A stretch of 64,000 bases of DNA, from positions 4,558,662 to 4,622,661 of the forward strand of contig OZ037770.1 in NCBI GenBank assembly GCA_964035545.1, read 5' to 3'. Both the position numbers and the translations under genes were made by a program. The notes under the pieces were generated by a model, which was not told where the DNA came from, ran no database searches, and saw only the letters and a program-made list of their open reading frames with translations. Of the stretch, positions 48,701-62,293 are shown piece after piece (position 1 is the first letter of the stretch; each line of letters begins with the position of its first letter). The stretch is from Bugula neritina. Lineage: Eukaryota; Animalia; Bryozoa.

Positions 48701-49376
48701 CTCCTGAAACAAAAGAGGCAGGTGAGCAGCACTACCACAATGATAATAACACACAGTGCTACAGTCAGTCCAGTGATTATCATATCCCTCTGAGTTAGAC
48801 CTCCATCACTACCTCCTTTGTCAGTTGTTGACGTAACTACATCTGGAGTCACTGCAAACAGAAATATCAAAATACTGTAGGTTCCGTGGAATCATTCAGA
48901 TATATAGAAAACCATATGGGCAAATCACTAATAAATTATTAATATCTGATATTAAACAATCACTGCCAATTGTGAGTATTAAGGTTCAAGTCAATCATTA
49001 AATGGAATAGGAGCATCAAATATGCACAGTGCTCCCCCATATTTCACAAAATCTCACAGGTCAGGAGAAGAGCTTGGACTCTCACCAAATGTATGAGTTC
49101 TGTTCAGTGATAACTAGTAAGTATCATCTGGGGGTGAGTCAACCCAACCAGTCTGACCAGCTGGTTGATAATAGAAATAATCTTCATTGAAAAAATGAGC
49201 CATTCTCTGTCTAATAAGAGTTATGTTTTGTGTAAACAACTGCTGATTGGCTGGTTTGAAGTCACATGTACAAGATGCCTTTCCTGCTGCTGTGTCAGGT
49301 GAAGGAGTGGTTAGAAATACAGACTGAGTGGAAGGTATAGTTTCATATCTGTCTTCACAAATATCCAAGGTGTAAT
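48701..49376 (-). pseudogene. Two exons of a single-pass membrane protein with an in-frame stop
   Basis: Exon 49376-49086 (Cys-containing ectodomain piece, TAG at 49114-49116) splices in phase to 48851-48701, encoding a Ser/Thr stalk and TM helix IITGLTVALCVIIIVVVLLTCLFCF followed by RR. Confidence 0.6.
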
Positions 49377-50569
49377 CTAAAAAAAACAAAATTATTTAAT
49401 ATGCAATAGTACATTTGATGATTTCTGGGAGGATTAAACTTATAATATATTCATCAAACAAAAATAAATACAACATATGCATATATAAACCATTTGACAC
49501 ACTCAGCTATAAAACTGAATAAAACACCATCATAAATGGTTACAGTTTGCTGAACAGACTATTTACATTGATAAAATAGAAACAATATCTTGGCATTTTA
49601 ATAGTAAGTCATCACCTAGGGGGAGGGTGTTGGTAGCCCCCCTCCTCCAGAGGAAAACAACATAACTGTCACAAAAAACTGGAGAACCTTATTAAAACAT
49701 ATTAAATCCAACTTAGTTTTTAATCATTGATGGTGACTTTTCATGGTGACTTTGAAACAAGCAAAATTGAGAGACTTTTTCTGATTATTTCTTCAATTTT
49801 AATCTAAAGAAAATCTGAGAAAATTTATTTTTTTAAACTAATTCTACTTGCAGCCTATACTTGATACTTTACTTTAACATAAATAAATAAATATGCCTGA
49901 GCAAAGTTCAAATCTACGTTTAAATTTATTATCACCTCCACTTATTAGGCAGAAGACAGGAAGCAGGGGTTTGCATTGTTCAGTGACTAGTCAATATTTC
50001 AAAGGCTCATTTGACATTTCCACTTGAACATTTTCTTTCTAGTGCTTTAATTCTGTTTTTGAGCAGTTCATATTTTGCATTACAGCCCAGAACAATTTGC
50101 TTAACCTAAAGCTAAATGCCTGCATAGATTCCACATTGCATTAGGCTCAGTATATATGCATCCAATTATGTTAGCAAAGAAAGCTTGATTTATAAATCCC
50201 CATTAAAAGTAAAGCCTAGTTACAGAAAATTATTTTAAAATTTATTCTATTTCTATAACTTATTATTGCAACATCTAACTTAATTTAAATAACAACTTGT
50301 TTTAGAACTTCCATTTTCAAAGCAACAGAAATTCAGAATATTGTTTTGAGATACCTACACAATAGTTTATCTATCAATTTATTCACTAGAACAAATTAAA
50401 TACAAAATCACAATCAGCAGAGCTAATCACAGCTAATAGCATACTATGCTTTATAACGCTGACTATGTTTTCAACAGTAGCAGAAGATACTTATATTGAT
50501 ATTTACAATGAGCAAAAATTTAAATTATGCCCTAAAAATCAAAAGACCAGGCTAGACCTAACTATCACT

Positions 50570-51470
50570 TGTAGTCAATTATTATAATTATAATGATAAT
50601 TATGTCAATGCTACAATTCAAGCTGTTAATATTATTATTATCATTATCATACTAATACTCATTATAATAATCAACTATAAAGAAAGGTATAGTCATTGGG
50701 ATTGTAACACTAACAGCCATACTTATACTCCTAATAACAATGGCAATGATATTCATATTAAATTTGATAAGATACATAACTTTGTGAACACTAAAAATTA
50801 ATAGTAAGAGAGAATAATTTAAACTTCAAATTATATATAACAATTAACATGAAAACTTACTGATACTAAAACTAATACTAATATTACAATCATAATGATA
50901 ATCATAATACCAATATTATTAAGAAAGTCATTATTAATTTGGAGATCATTATTGATTATTCAATATGAATATGAATATCACTATGAACACCGGAATACGT
51001 TGACAATCACAATGACACTGATACGTAATTTTGAAGAGCAGAATGAATATGTTGTCAAAATCAAACTCAATGTGTTTTAGTATGAGTTTCATTCCTAGTT
51101 CTACTTTAATATTAGTAACCTTAAAACTAAAAGAGAGTGAGTTCAGGAACAAATAACGCGTAATAATCACACATAATTATTATGTGTTATTATATTTAAT
51201 TTTATTACGCGTTATTTGTTACTATTACTATTAGTATTACTATTAGTATAAGTATTAGTATTATGATAATAGTAATAGTAATACCATTGGCAATAGTGAG
51301 TAACACTAGTAATAGTAATACTAAGAGTAGGAGTGTAGTACAACTACTACTAGACCTAGTAGTACTAGGTTTAGTAGTACTAGTACTACTAGTAGTACCA
51401 GTACTAGTAGTAGTACTAGTAGTACTAGTACTAGTAGTAGAGTACAGGTACTGAGTAGTACTACATCGAT
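50570..51470. repeat. Degenerate trinucleotide low-complexity tract ending in (AGT/ACT)n
   Basis: ATA/ATT/ACT-periodic sequence with a purer AGT/ACT run at ~51220-51460. Confidence 0.8.
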
Positions 51471-52864
51471 ACTGAGCAGTGAAAACTGATGGTGATATGT
51501 ACATATTAAAATATAAACTTATCCAAGTGATTAAATTACTTTGGTCAAATATTAATAAAATTATTAGCGACGCTAACCATTTATTTTTAACTTTAGAGTG
51601 CAACACTAACTCACCCACTGCCACTGTGACACTGACTGGAAGCAGCTACATTCTGTTGCAAAATGAGAAATGAATTAAATATTGTCGGTTTCAGCGGCTA
51701 GAGCGGCAAGAGTCAGCAATCAAAATGTATTGGATGCAGTGGGGGAGGGGGTGAGGTGCCGCTTAGTACACAACAATATTTTATGGATTTACTACTACGT
51801 CTGAGGCCTATTTTAATAATCGATTGAAAATTACGACTTTGCTACAATACCATAAAACTAGGTGATCGATGGAAGCACAACTCTTATTTTAACAAACGGC
51901 AATTTCGTGTACGTCGTAAATTACCCTGTTCCCTGTAATCTGAAAATATTATAACAATATTATTATAGAGAGATCTGAATAATTTATAGACCCAAAAGTT
52001 GTAATTTTTTATTTTTTCAATTATATTTTTTTTTCAAATATTTTTTTTATAATTGTCACTATTCCAATTAGAAAACTTAAAACTTGTTTTCGAAACAGAG
52101 TAGAGACGACTCTGAACATAATTGCTATGATACTAGACAGCAGTAGATGCCATCATATGCAATTTGTATAACTTCCCCGATAATATCGAAAAAAACATAT
52201 TGCAATCTAAATATTGTTTTTATTATGACCATAAATATTATTAGACGTCAAAATAGAATAATTACGCACTATAATTTAAAAAAACTGTTTGTAGCTGTAG
52301 TGCTTTTATCACAATAACTTTCTCACATTCAGCTCTTTCCAGCCTTAGTTTATTAGGTCTCAGATGACTTATTCGATGGCGATAGTAATGTGGTTACTAG
52401 TTAATCACTAACTCTAAGTCTATAATAGTTATTTATTATGCTACATTTTACTCTATAACACAGGCTGTTTCATTTTCTTAATTACTGCACCTACCTTAGG
52501 CGAGCCATAACATGACAATGCTACCAAAATAGAGAGGTTAGCCCAGATTCCCTACAGAAACCTGGATACAGCCGGCAGATGCTGGCCTTTGAGGCACACT
52601 CTTGACAAGTAGATGCTGAAGAGGGAGAGCTGTCTCGAATACATCAAAGGATCCACCAGTCGCAATCACTGCAGCTGCACCGGCCTCCACAGAAATCTCC
52701 ATATTGCTAGAATTGGTGCGAGGTCTGCAGGCTGGAAGGCCAGTGCATCCCATCAGCAAGTCAAGGTGCTGAAAGACTGGTTCAGCATTCTAACTCGGGA
52801 CCTAAAGCATTGTATGGAGAATTTAGACGACTCTGATGGCAGTCCCTGCATCTGGAGCAAGAAG

Positions 52865-53169
52865 TGTGGTGGCTCGTGGAGCTACCAGCAACACAATACG
52901 CGAGGTTGCGTATTGACCCGGAACAATGTGTTAGCCAATTAGCTAAGCTGTTTTATTAGTAATAGTAGCCGCTTCGCGCTACTAGCTCAGTTGAGGATAG
53001 TGTTGTAAACTAAATAGACGTGCGTATCATTACTGTTGTACATTGGATTTTTATTATGTATTCTTGTATTAAATATAACGATATCTACTCGACTTAACTG
53101 GTGAAGTTTCTCTAGTGTTAAATAGACTCTCTTGGTGGCACATCAACCCTAAATCTGAAAACTATAACA
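52865..53169 (+). repeat. Gypsy copy 2 5' LTR
   Basis: Repeated at 59998-60302. Confidence 0.95.
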
Positions 53170-53202
53170 GTGGTGGCAGCGGTGGGATAGTGTATATCAA
53201 AG

Positions 53203-54069
53203 ATGGAGACTGAAAACGCTAGAATGCAACCACCCCCAGTAGAAGGTCAGCGTAGAAATGCTGTTAATCCTGTGAATCATGAAGGAGAAGAAGCTTATAG
53301 ACATTGCTTGAAAGCTCCCACCTTTACTGGGTCGGAAGATGTCGAACAATTTATACAAGAATTTAGAGAGGTAATGGAAGTTGCTCAATGGCCGCATAGA
53401 GTGGCCCTCATTCAATTGCGGAGAGCGGTGACGGAGCAAGCCAAGCCGTACGGAGTGGGAACGGACGTAGACGGCATACTGGCTGCGCTGCGGGCCCGTT
53501 TTGGCACCTCCGTCATAGACGCTAGGACCAAGCTGGAGAGATTGTGCCGCACCCCGCGGACCTCGCTGCAAGAACATGCCGCGACGGTGAAGAAGCTGGC
53601 GCAGATTGCATATAGCGATCTGCCAGCACAACACCAAGAGCGTTACACCTATGACGCCTTTGTCCAGTCCCTAAACGACCTGGGCCTAGACCATCACCTA
53701 CGAGCTAAAGGGATAACCAGAATAGAGGATGCCCTGAAGGCTGGAGAAGCTTACCTGTTGGCTACCCAAATGCATCGAGCACAACGGAACCCACCAGTAG
53801 TTGGAGTCAGCGCTGCTCGGGCTACGACAGGCTCCGAAGCCCTCCCGCTGTAAGCCGAAGTGGACCGTATGGTAGAGATGCTGGGACAATTGGTAACCAT
53901 TCTGGCCGGTGCTGGCCCCGGTCAGGCCTTGCGGATGCCCCCAACACCTGTGGGGCAAGGCTGGAGTAGCGCTGATCGGGACCAGGGACAGAAAGGACGA
54001 CTCCAATACCAGGGGGCGTTAAACTGTCACGGCCCGCGGACACTCTCCCTCCCCGCGGGCCGCAACTAA
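53203..54069 (+). pseudogene. gag: Gypsy gag with premature TAA at 53851
   Basis: Homologous to copy 1 gag; GAA>TAA, and the same frame continues to 54069. Confidence 0.82.
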
Positions 54070-54357
54070 AGGAGTATGGTGGAACACGCCGTCGTCTGTC
54101 CGTACGGACACGGCGGAACATTCTACCCGAGTGGCAGGTACCACGCAGGACTACTAGGCCCGCACAACGGCCCAGTACCTTTTCCCTGCCACTCGCTAAC
54201 CGGTTTCAACGGTTACCTCGGGAGGAGGAGCCCGCCACTGAAATGGAGCCAGAAGGCCCAGTGGAGAGGCCCAAACCCCGCCGGCACCAACCTCGCTGCC
54301 GGAAGCCCCGTAAACCACGGGTGAAACCCCCGCCGTCCTGTCAAACCAGGACAGCAC

Positions 54358-57300
54358 ATGCGGGGGGGGGTGAAAGTACAACCACATGGAGAGAGCTATT
54401 TACTACCCGGAAAGGTGGCCGGCAACGCCGTCACTTTCCTGCTCGACTCCGGTTGTACTACCAACCTTCTCAGCCGTAGAGTCTTTGAGGCACTGCCCCG
54501 CCGGGACAGGGATAGAGTACGACCGTATACTGGAGAACATGGCACCCTGGCAGACGGGTCATGTATCCCCTTTTATGGTATTATCGAGCTCCCTGGGCGT
54601 GTCCGAGATCAGGCTGTACAGGAGACCTTTATCATAGGTCAACTGGAGGAAGATGCTATCCTCGGCATGCCCTTCTTGAAGCAACACCAGTGTCGAATAG
54701 ATTTTAGTAAGTCGGTGGTGCTGATGGGCGGGCGAGAACTCGCCTGTGTGGATAAGTTTGGGCGTCCTCTGGTGGGCAGTGTTCAGGTAGTTCGGAACTG
54801 CACCGTACCCGGACGCTCCAGAGCAACTATCCACTGCCGAGTGAACAGCAACCGGATAGCCAGGCTCGGGGTCGTTGAAAGCGCGCACGAAAAGATCCAA
54901 CTCGCCAGTAGTTTAAACAGACTAACTGAGCGAGGGGAGGTCTTAGTGCAGTGCGTCAACCCCTTTACCGAGCCCATTGAGCTCCCAGCTGGGTCAATGC
55001 TGGGCCGGTTCCATTCCGTCCAGGAAGAGGACGTGGGCCCGTCGCTGGGTGACGCGACGGAGGCACCCCCTCGACACCCTATTCAGGGACGAGGGGCAGT
55101 CCCGACACATCTCCGGGAGTTATACGAAACAGCCAGTGGCGGCTGCGCGAGTAACAGAGAACGCCAAGCTATGGCCAAGTTACTACGCGACTACGGTGAT
55201 GTGTTCAGCAGCGGGGAGAATGACGTGGGACTGACTGGAATTGTCAGACACGAAATACCGCTGACTGCAGGGACAGTCCCTGTCCGGCAGCCCACGCGCA
55301 GGCTGGGGCCGGAGAAGGAGAAGGAGGTTAGCCGACAAGTACGGGATCTTCTGGACCGGGGACTGATAGAGCCCGCCCATAGTGCGTGGAGCTCGCCAGT
55401 CGTACTGGTCCGGAAGAAAGACGGCAGTTGGCGGTTCTGTGTGGACTACCGCAAACTCAATAGCGTAACCATACAGGACGCCTACCCTCTACCTCGTATT
55501 GACGAGTCATTGGACGCCCTAGCCGGCAGCAAGTACTTCAGTACGTTAGACTTGCTAAGCGGCTATTGGCAGGTTCCTCTGAGTCCCGACGCCCAAGAGA
55601 AAGCGGCGTTTATTACACGGGACGGTTTGTGGAAGTGGAAGGTGCTGCCCTTCGGGTTAACCTCCGCCCCAGCCACCTTCCAGAGGCTGATGGAACAAGT
55701 CCATAGCGGACTCCATTGGAAGACACTGCTGGTCTACCTCGATGATGTCATCGTAATCTCTCCAGACTTCGAAACACATGTCAGTCGTCTGCAGGAGGTT
55801 TTCGAGAGACTCCGAGGTGCCGGTCTTAAGCTCAAACCTTCCAAGTGCGCTCTGTTGCAGCCGGAGGTCAAGTACCTGGGGCACGTTGTCGGTCGAAACG
55901 GCGTGGCAACGGATCCCGAAAAGGTACGGGCAGTAGAAGACTGGGTCACCCCTCAAGACTTGACCGGACTCCGGGCTTTCTTGGGGCTGGTAGGGTATTA
56001 CAGGCAATACATACCAGACTTTGCGGGCATAGCCCAGCCGTTAAACCGGCTTACCGCAAAGGGAGTGACGTGGCAGTGGACTCCAGTCGAACAAGAAGCG
56101 TTCGACCGCCTCAAGGGCTGCCTCCTAACGGCGCCCATCTTGGCCTACCCAGACCCCACTCTGGAGTACATCCTAGACACAGGTGCCAGTGACCAGAATG
56201 TTGGCGCTGTGCTGTCGCAAGTGCAGGAAGGCCGAGAAGTAGTAGTAGCCTACTACAGCAAGTCTCTCTCTCCCGCTGAACGAAATTACTGCACTACCCG
56301 CAAGGAGCTGCTGGCAGTAATCAAGTCAGTGAAGCACTTCAGACCATACCTATATGGCAGGAAGTTCCGGCTGCGTACGGATCATGCCTCGCTGATCTGG
56401 TTGTGCAGGAGAGCAGAGCCCTCCAGTCAGGTCGCCCGGTGGCTCGAAATCCTAGCTGAATTCTCGTACCGGATCGAACACCGACCGGGCAAGAGACACA
56501 GCAATGCGGATGGGTTGAGTCGCCGACCTGACGGAGGTTGCAAACAGTGTCTCAACATCGAGAGGAGGGATGGAGGTCCCCCACGATGCGAGTTGGAGAC
56601 GCTGGCTCCTCACGGAGCACCGTTTGACTGGGATCAAGGTCAACTCAGGCAAAGAGTTGATGAGTCCCCGGAGGATGTACAAAACCTCCGCGCCAACCCT
56701 GTACTGGCCGGTAATGTTCGAGAGCTGAAGAAGCTCCAAGAAGAGCTGCCGGGAGTCGTGGCAGACATCTACCGGGCCAAAAGGGAAGGGCGACGACCCA
56801 GCGAGGAACGCATATGACAGGGATGCGCCGAGTTCCGGCTATACTGTCAGCGTTGGGACTCGCTGCGGATCGGGCAGGATGGGTTGCTAACCATCTCTCT
56901 AGCTGCCAGTGGCAGACACCCGGAAAGGAAGAGGGTAGTCTGCTCCACAGCCATCCGCCGTGAGTTGATTTGGGATACTCACAAGCAGGCCCACGCAGGG
57001 GTCAAGCGAGTGATATCCAAATTACGACTCCGGTGGTATTGGCCGCAGATGGAGCGTGACGTCCGGCTCAGAGTCAAACAGTGTGAGATCTGCCAGGCCA
57101 GTAAGCATAGCCGCCCCCCTGGTGAACCAGGAAGGCGGAGGCTATATGCTGGTAGGCCCTGGCAAGTAGTCGCTGTAGACCTGGTCGGACCCATGCCCCT
57201 GACCCCCAGAGGCAATAATTGGATCCTAGTACTAACCGACCACTTTACTAGGTGGGCGGATGCTCTGGCTATCCCAGATGCATCAGCCCCAACAGTGGCC

Positions 57301-58644
57301 AGGGCACTAGACCAACATGTATTCTGTTATTTTGGGCTTCCCGAACAGATACACTCTGATCAAGGCGCTCAATTCCAGTCTCAACTGATGAGCGACCTTT
57401 GCCACCTCTGGGGAGTAAATCAGAGCAGGACCACCCCCTACCACCCTCAAGGTAACGGGGTGGTGGAGCGCAACAACCGGATGCTAGGTGATGCGCTCCG
57501 GAGTCTCCTCCTTGGACGAGGTCAAGAGGAATGGGATACGGTGTTGCCGCAAGTCATGCGTGCATACCGTAGCACCCCACACACCAGTACTGGTGAGACC
57601 CCAAACCTCTTGATGCTCGGGAGAGAGACTCGTGTCCCTGACCATCTCACCTATCACGTTCCAGAGCAGGATAACTCAGTCCATGAGTATGCCAGTGAAC
57701 TAGTGGAACGGATGAAGGCCGCACACGAGATACTGCGTCAACAGCAGTGGAAGGTGCGGCACGAAGATTCCGATGAACCACCCCTCTATCAAAGAGGAGA
57801 TAAGGTGTGGATGGTCAATTACCGTAGGCGCCGCGGACAGGCTGATAAGCTGAAGCCTAAGTTCGTAGGCCCCTACGTGGTCGTCGAGGCTATGTCCAAT
57901 CATACGTACAAGATTGAGCGCTCAGGACAGGTGTCTATCCAGAATGAGTCTCGCTTAAAACCGTATTGGGCTAGCCCTGACGGAGTGGGAGAAGCCCCCC
58001 CGTTGTTAGAGCCCAGGAGGCAAACAACGACGCGCGGGCGACGGCGGCATGGACCTGAATACGAAGTGGTCATACCGCGGGAGGAAAACTTGGTGAGAGA
58101 GGAGCGGCAGCTTTTGTTAACAGAAGCGTGTCCGCCACCGCCAAGTCTAATTCCATCACTTCCAGAAACCGAGCCGGTTCCGGAAGTGCAAACCCCCACG
58201 GAGGGAGGGGCTCCATCCGGAGAACAAGAAGAGGTGACCACTAACGGTGAAGTAGAGACACCATTAGAGGCCCCTACTAACGAACCGGCAAGCGTGTCAC
58301 CCCCCCTAGAAAGGGGACAGCGTACGAGGAAGCCCCCACCGTATTTGAAAGACTTCATATGTGACTGCATTAGAAGCGGCGCACATGAAAGTCTAGGGGA
58401 AAACCGTACGATAAAATGTTGGAGTTGTGAACCCCACGCAAATATCAACTTTTGCGAGGGCGGAATAGTGGGAGGAATTAATGCGCGTAAAGCAAATAGT
58501 TCCGACCTCGTGCCTCAGAAACGATGCTCAGCCTTTTCTTATGCTGACATCGCCAAAGGCAGACGTATCTCACAACCAGCTCCAACCTTACCAAGAACGT
58601 TGAGTATGGACATTAATACCGAGTTCCCAGGTAAGCCAGTATAA
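54358..58644 (+). pseudogene. pol: Gypsy pol with one premature stop (56815) and RNase H D>G
   Basis: LLDSG, YLDD, LDTGAS (copy 1 LDTDAS), intact integrase HHCC and D,D,E. Confidence 0.92.
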
Positions 58645-58661
58645 GTCTTGTATTCCTATTC

Positions 58662-59735
58662 ATGGAAACGGGCTCGATGCCAGTAAATTCTGAACTAATT
58701 CAGCAGATTGAATCAGAATTACTGGGAACCACGTTTCATGTGAATGACGATGAAGACACTGTAATGGCCGACGGTCTGTTAGACCTGGAGCTAGACACTG
58801 TTCTTGGTCAGTCCACACATGATTCATCAGTTCCTCGAGTGCATTCCAAAAGCTGTGACTCTCAGGCTAGCAACGGTCGACAGTCACTAGAATTATGTTG
58901 TAAAGATCCACCGCGATCTAACAATAATTCTACTTTTGTAGACACACTCGCGCCCGTCTCTACGGACATGCCTTCTCTAGAGATGGCATGGGACCCAGAG
59001 CCGGCCCCAACAACTCCTACCACCAGGCAACTGCCACCCCAGTTGGAAGCAACCTCCAACTGGATTACCCCTGCCACAGAGAGAGAAATCAGGACCCATC
59101 AAGGAGGTGAGAGTAATCGTGAATGCAACCTCTGCCAGCAGCGATTCACAACCCACCGCAGACTAAAGGTGCACTTGCCGCAGCACTACATCACCACTTT
59201 CCGCCTTTGCGGAGAATATAGCTATAATCGTGATTACCTACTGCGGCACCAACGTACTATGCAGTGCTATCAAGGACATGTCTATGAAGTAGACGAATCA
59301 TCATATCCTGCCTTTCTCAACGCCATCAAACCACTCATCACTGACTCAGCTCGGCTATCTCGCCTGGAGCAAGGCTTCCCTTCCCCGCGACCCATCATCT
59401 CTGGAGCCGCAGATAAACCTACACAGTCTGCTAACTCTCCACCTCACAGTCCTATACGCATGCCGCATACCTTTCCTCGTGTCGTACTACAGAGAGTAGA
59501 CACAAATGCGTATACACTCCCTCCTCCTCTTCCATCCTCAGAGCGGAAACGACACAGGCAGCCAACTTCCTCTCGCTCGTCCCCCTGGGCCCGTAACCTA
59601 CGTGAGGTAGAAGCTAGGGCGCATGACTTGGAGCAAGAAGTGTACAGGCTGGCCCCACGGATACAGGCAGCCTCCAGTGAACTCAAATATTTACAGGAGT
59701 CGATTAAACGCATGAAGCGTGCGGCCCGCAGTTAA
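58662..59735 (+). CDS. Gypsy extra ORF3: C2H2 zinc-finger + coiled-coil protein, 357 aa
   Basis: CNLCQQRFTTHRRLKVHLPQH; collinear with 30749-31822. Confidence 0.85.
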   Translation: METGSMPVNSELIQQIESELLGTTFHVNDDEDTVMADGLLDLELDTVLGQSTHDSSVPRVHSKSCDSQASNGRQSLELCCKDPPRSNNNSTFVDTLAPVSTDMPSLEMAWDPEPAPTTPTTRQLPPQLEATSNWITPATEREIRTHQGGESNRECNLCQQRFTTHRRLKVHLPQHYITTFRLCGEYSYNRDYLLRHQRTMQCYQGHVYEVDESSYPAFLNAIKPLITDSARLSRLEQGFPSPRPIISGAADKPTQSANSPPHSPIRMPHTFPRVVLQRVDTNAYTLPPPLPSSERKRHRQPTSSRSSPWARNLREVEARAHDLEQEVYRLAPRIQAASSELKYLQESIKRMKRAARS

Positions 59736-59997
59736 CTCGAGTCTACCTACAACTCCCTACTACTCATTCCCCTACCTCTCTGTGGCATTCCCTACCGTAA
59801 TGGTGGCACGTACTCTATATGTAGATAGGACCTTCTCTTGCTTATTACTTAGTGCACGTTATATATACCTGTATATTTTTACCAGTTGTTGTTTTTTTTA
59901 TATACTTTTATACTGTTCTCTTACCCCCCACAACGAAGTATACGTTTTATGTGAATCTTATTTTATAAGAAAGTGGGCTTTCTGCTGGAGGGGGCAG

Positions 59998-60302
59998 TGT
60001 GGTGGCTCGTGGAGCTACCAGCAACACAATACGCGAGGTTGCGTATTGACCCGGAACAATGTGTTAGCCAATTAGCTAAGCTGTTTTATTAGTAATAGTA
60101 GCCGCTTCGCGCTACTAGCTCAGTTGAGGATAGTGTTGTAAACTAAATAGACGTGCGTATCATTACTGTTGTACATTGGATTTTTATTATGTATTCTTGT
60201 ATTAAATATAACGATATCTACTCGACTTAACTGGTGAAGTTTCTCTCGTGTTAAATAGACTCTCTTGGTGGCACATCAACCCTAAATCTGAAAACTATAA
60301 CA
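59998..60302 (+). repeat. Gypsy copy 2 3' LTR
   Basis: Follows the PPT and is followed by TSD GAAG. Confidence 0.95.
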
Positions 60303-62293
60303 GAAGTACTGCAGAGGCCGCACTCATTTTTATACACACAAGCATGATGTTGTAATACTGTTAGATTCTATTGGTTATCTTTTGTTAATGCAGGTGGCTG
60401 GCTATATTATGTAGCCAGCTACTCTCTTTGTCTAGTTTCTTCTCCTGTTATATAATTAGAGGGCCTGATTGTGACCTTTCTTATTCAGTTGTGTTTTTTA
60501 ATACCGTGTTTATACTGTAGCGCAAAAAAACAAAAATAGCTTAAATTAAAGATATATATATATAGTGTACTAACTTAAGTAAAATAACCCACATGTTCAA
60601 AGGTTTATCAGCCTAACTCAACCCGCACGTAATTCTTGCGTATTACTAAGACGCCAAATTACTACAATATCTCACAAAAATTTCGATATTTTAGTGAATT
60701 TGCTAATTAATACTGTTGTAGTTTTGTGCACTATTCTTTAGGGTGTTATTGCGTGCTCAATAAATACTGCATATCACTGTGAGGTTATGTGAAGAACCGA
60801 ACCAGTTGATTATTTGACGAGAGAACTGTATTAGTATTTCAAGTACGCACTTGCAATAAAAAGTCATATATATATATAAGTATAAAAAAGAAAAGAGTAC
60901 AATTAGTAAAATGTTGCACAAGGTTAACCTGTCTACTTAACTACCATCGTCTAGACTGGTGTAGATACTGGACGGCATTGTTTATATATGAGGGGTTGAT
61001 CTTGATTGGATTAATAAGGTTCTGGTGTTGTCACCATAAAGGGTGATACAGTGCCACACAGGGAAGCGCTATAACTAGCGGAGTTGTCCTCCTTAAGACA
61101 ATAGTTGCACCATAATATATTGTAAGTCTGTAGCAGGGGCACTGAAGGGTGTGCTTCCCTAAACCACTGCAACATACTATTAATATTAGCTAGTGTTCTA
61201 TTTCTTACATTATCTTTTTTAACCTATATATAATTTACTTGTAGTTATAGTTTATTTCCACTTAGATCTATAGTTTTGTCTTAGACCTCAACTGTCTAGC
61301 TTCTGCACTGCATTCATGCAGCTGGATGAAGTCATACAAGTATTTTGTACCAACATGACTCTGGAGTAGGTTTATTCATAGCAACTGTATTATTTCTTCT
61401 TATAAACAGCATATAATTATACTTTATTATTATATTATTTAGTTGTCATGTTGTACTATTATATATAGCATCATTATAATGGTATAGTATTATTGCATAA
61501 TGTATAGCATCCTTATATCATAGCATTGTTATATATAGTATCATCTTATAGTTTTGTTATATATGTATAGTAATATTGTATTGCATTATTGTGTAGTATT
61601 ATTATATAGTACATATAGTTGTAGTAACTCTTTATTGAGTACAGCTGCATGCATATGCATGGTAATAATATAGATATTTTATATATTATTATAGGATATT
61701 ATAATAGGCTACAGGGTGTCATTATGCAGTAGTCTGGTAAACTTTGTTTTGGTTTGATATTATATTATATTATATTAGTCTTCATAAGTATTTCACTAAG
61801 TCTGCCCTTCTTTTTCACATAAAAACATGTGTGATGAGTTTAAAATATTTAAAATTATATAGTACTTTTCTATAAGACAACATTATGGTTAAAGTTCTGT
61901 TGATTAGTAAAAGTATTATACAGTTAGTTGAACAAAATATTATTATATAATATGTTGCATGCTTTTGAGCACTCATACATAACCTTAAATGTTAAATTAA
62001 GTACAAATGCATAGTGTATGATTATATACAGTAATCATATATTTGTGTGTATTAGTATTGCATTCATTTAATACTATACTCTATTTTATTTCAAAATATG
62101 TAGAAATTTATTGCAACTAAAACGTAATTCCACATGCAAGTGTTATGATATCATAATATATTTAGTACTGAAAAATTTCATTCGGTATTAAAGACCTATA
62201 TTTGCTATCATTACATGTTTAGTATTAAGAATTAACATGGTAAATCACTTACCTCTCGTTTGTACTGACAATAGAACTATAATATGTTTTTAG

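Larger units (their letters stand above)
52865..60302 (+). mobile_element. Ty3/Gypsy LTR retrotransposon, copy 2 (same family as copy 1)
   Basis: 305-bp LTRs 52865-53169 and 59998-60302 (one mismatch seen), TSD GAAG, tRNA-Leu PBS 53171-53188, PPT GGAGGGGGCAG. Confidence 0.97.

Noticed and set aside
50895-51673. Hydrophobic and Thr-rich ORFs
   Set aside because: Products of low-complexity trinucleotide sequence.
60960-61340. Possible upstream LRR exon relics of the Roco pseudogene
   Set aside because: Only vague Leu spacing with stops; not distinguishable from noise.
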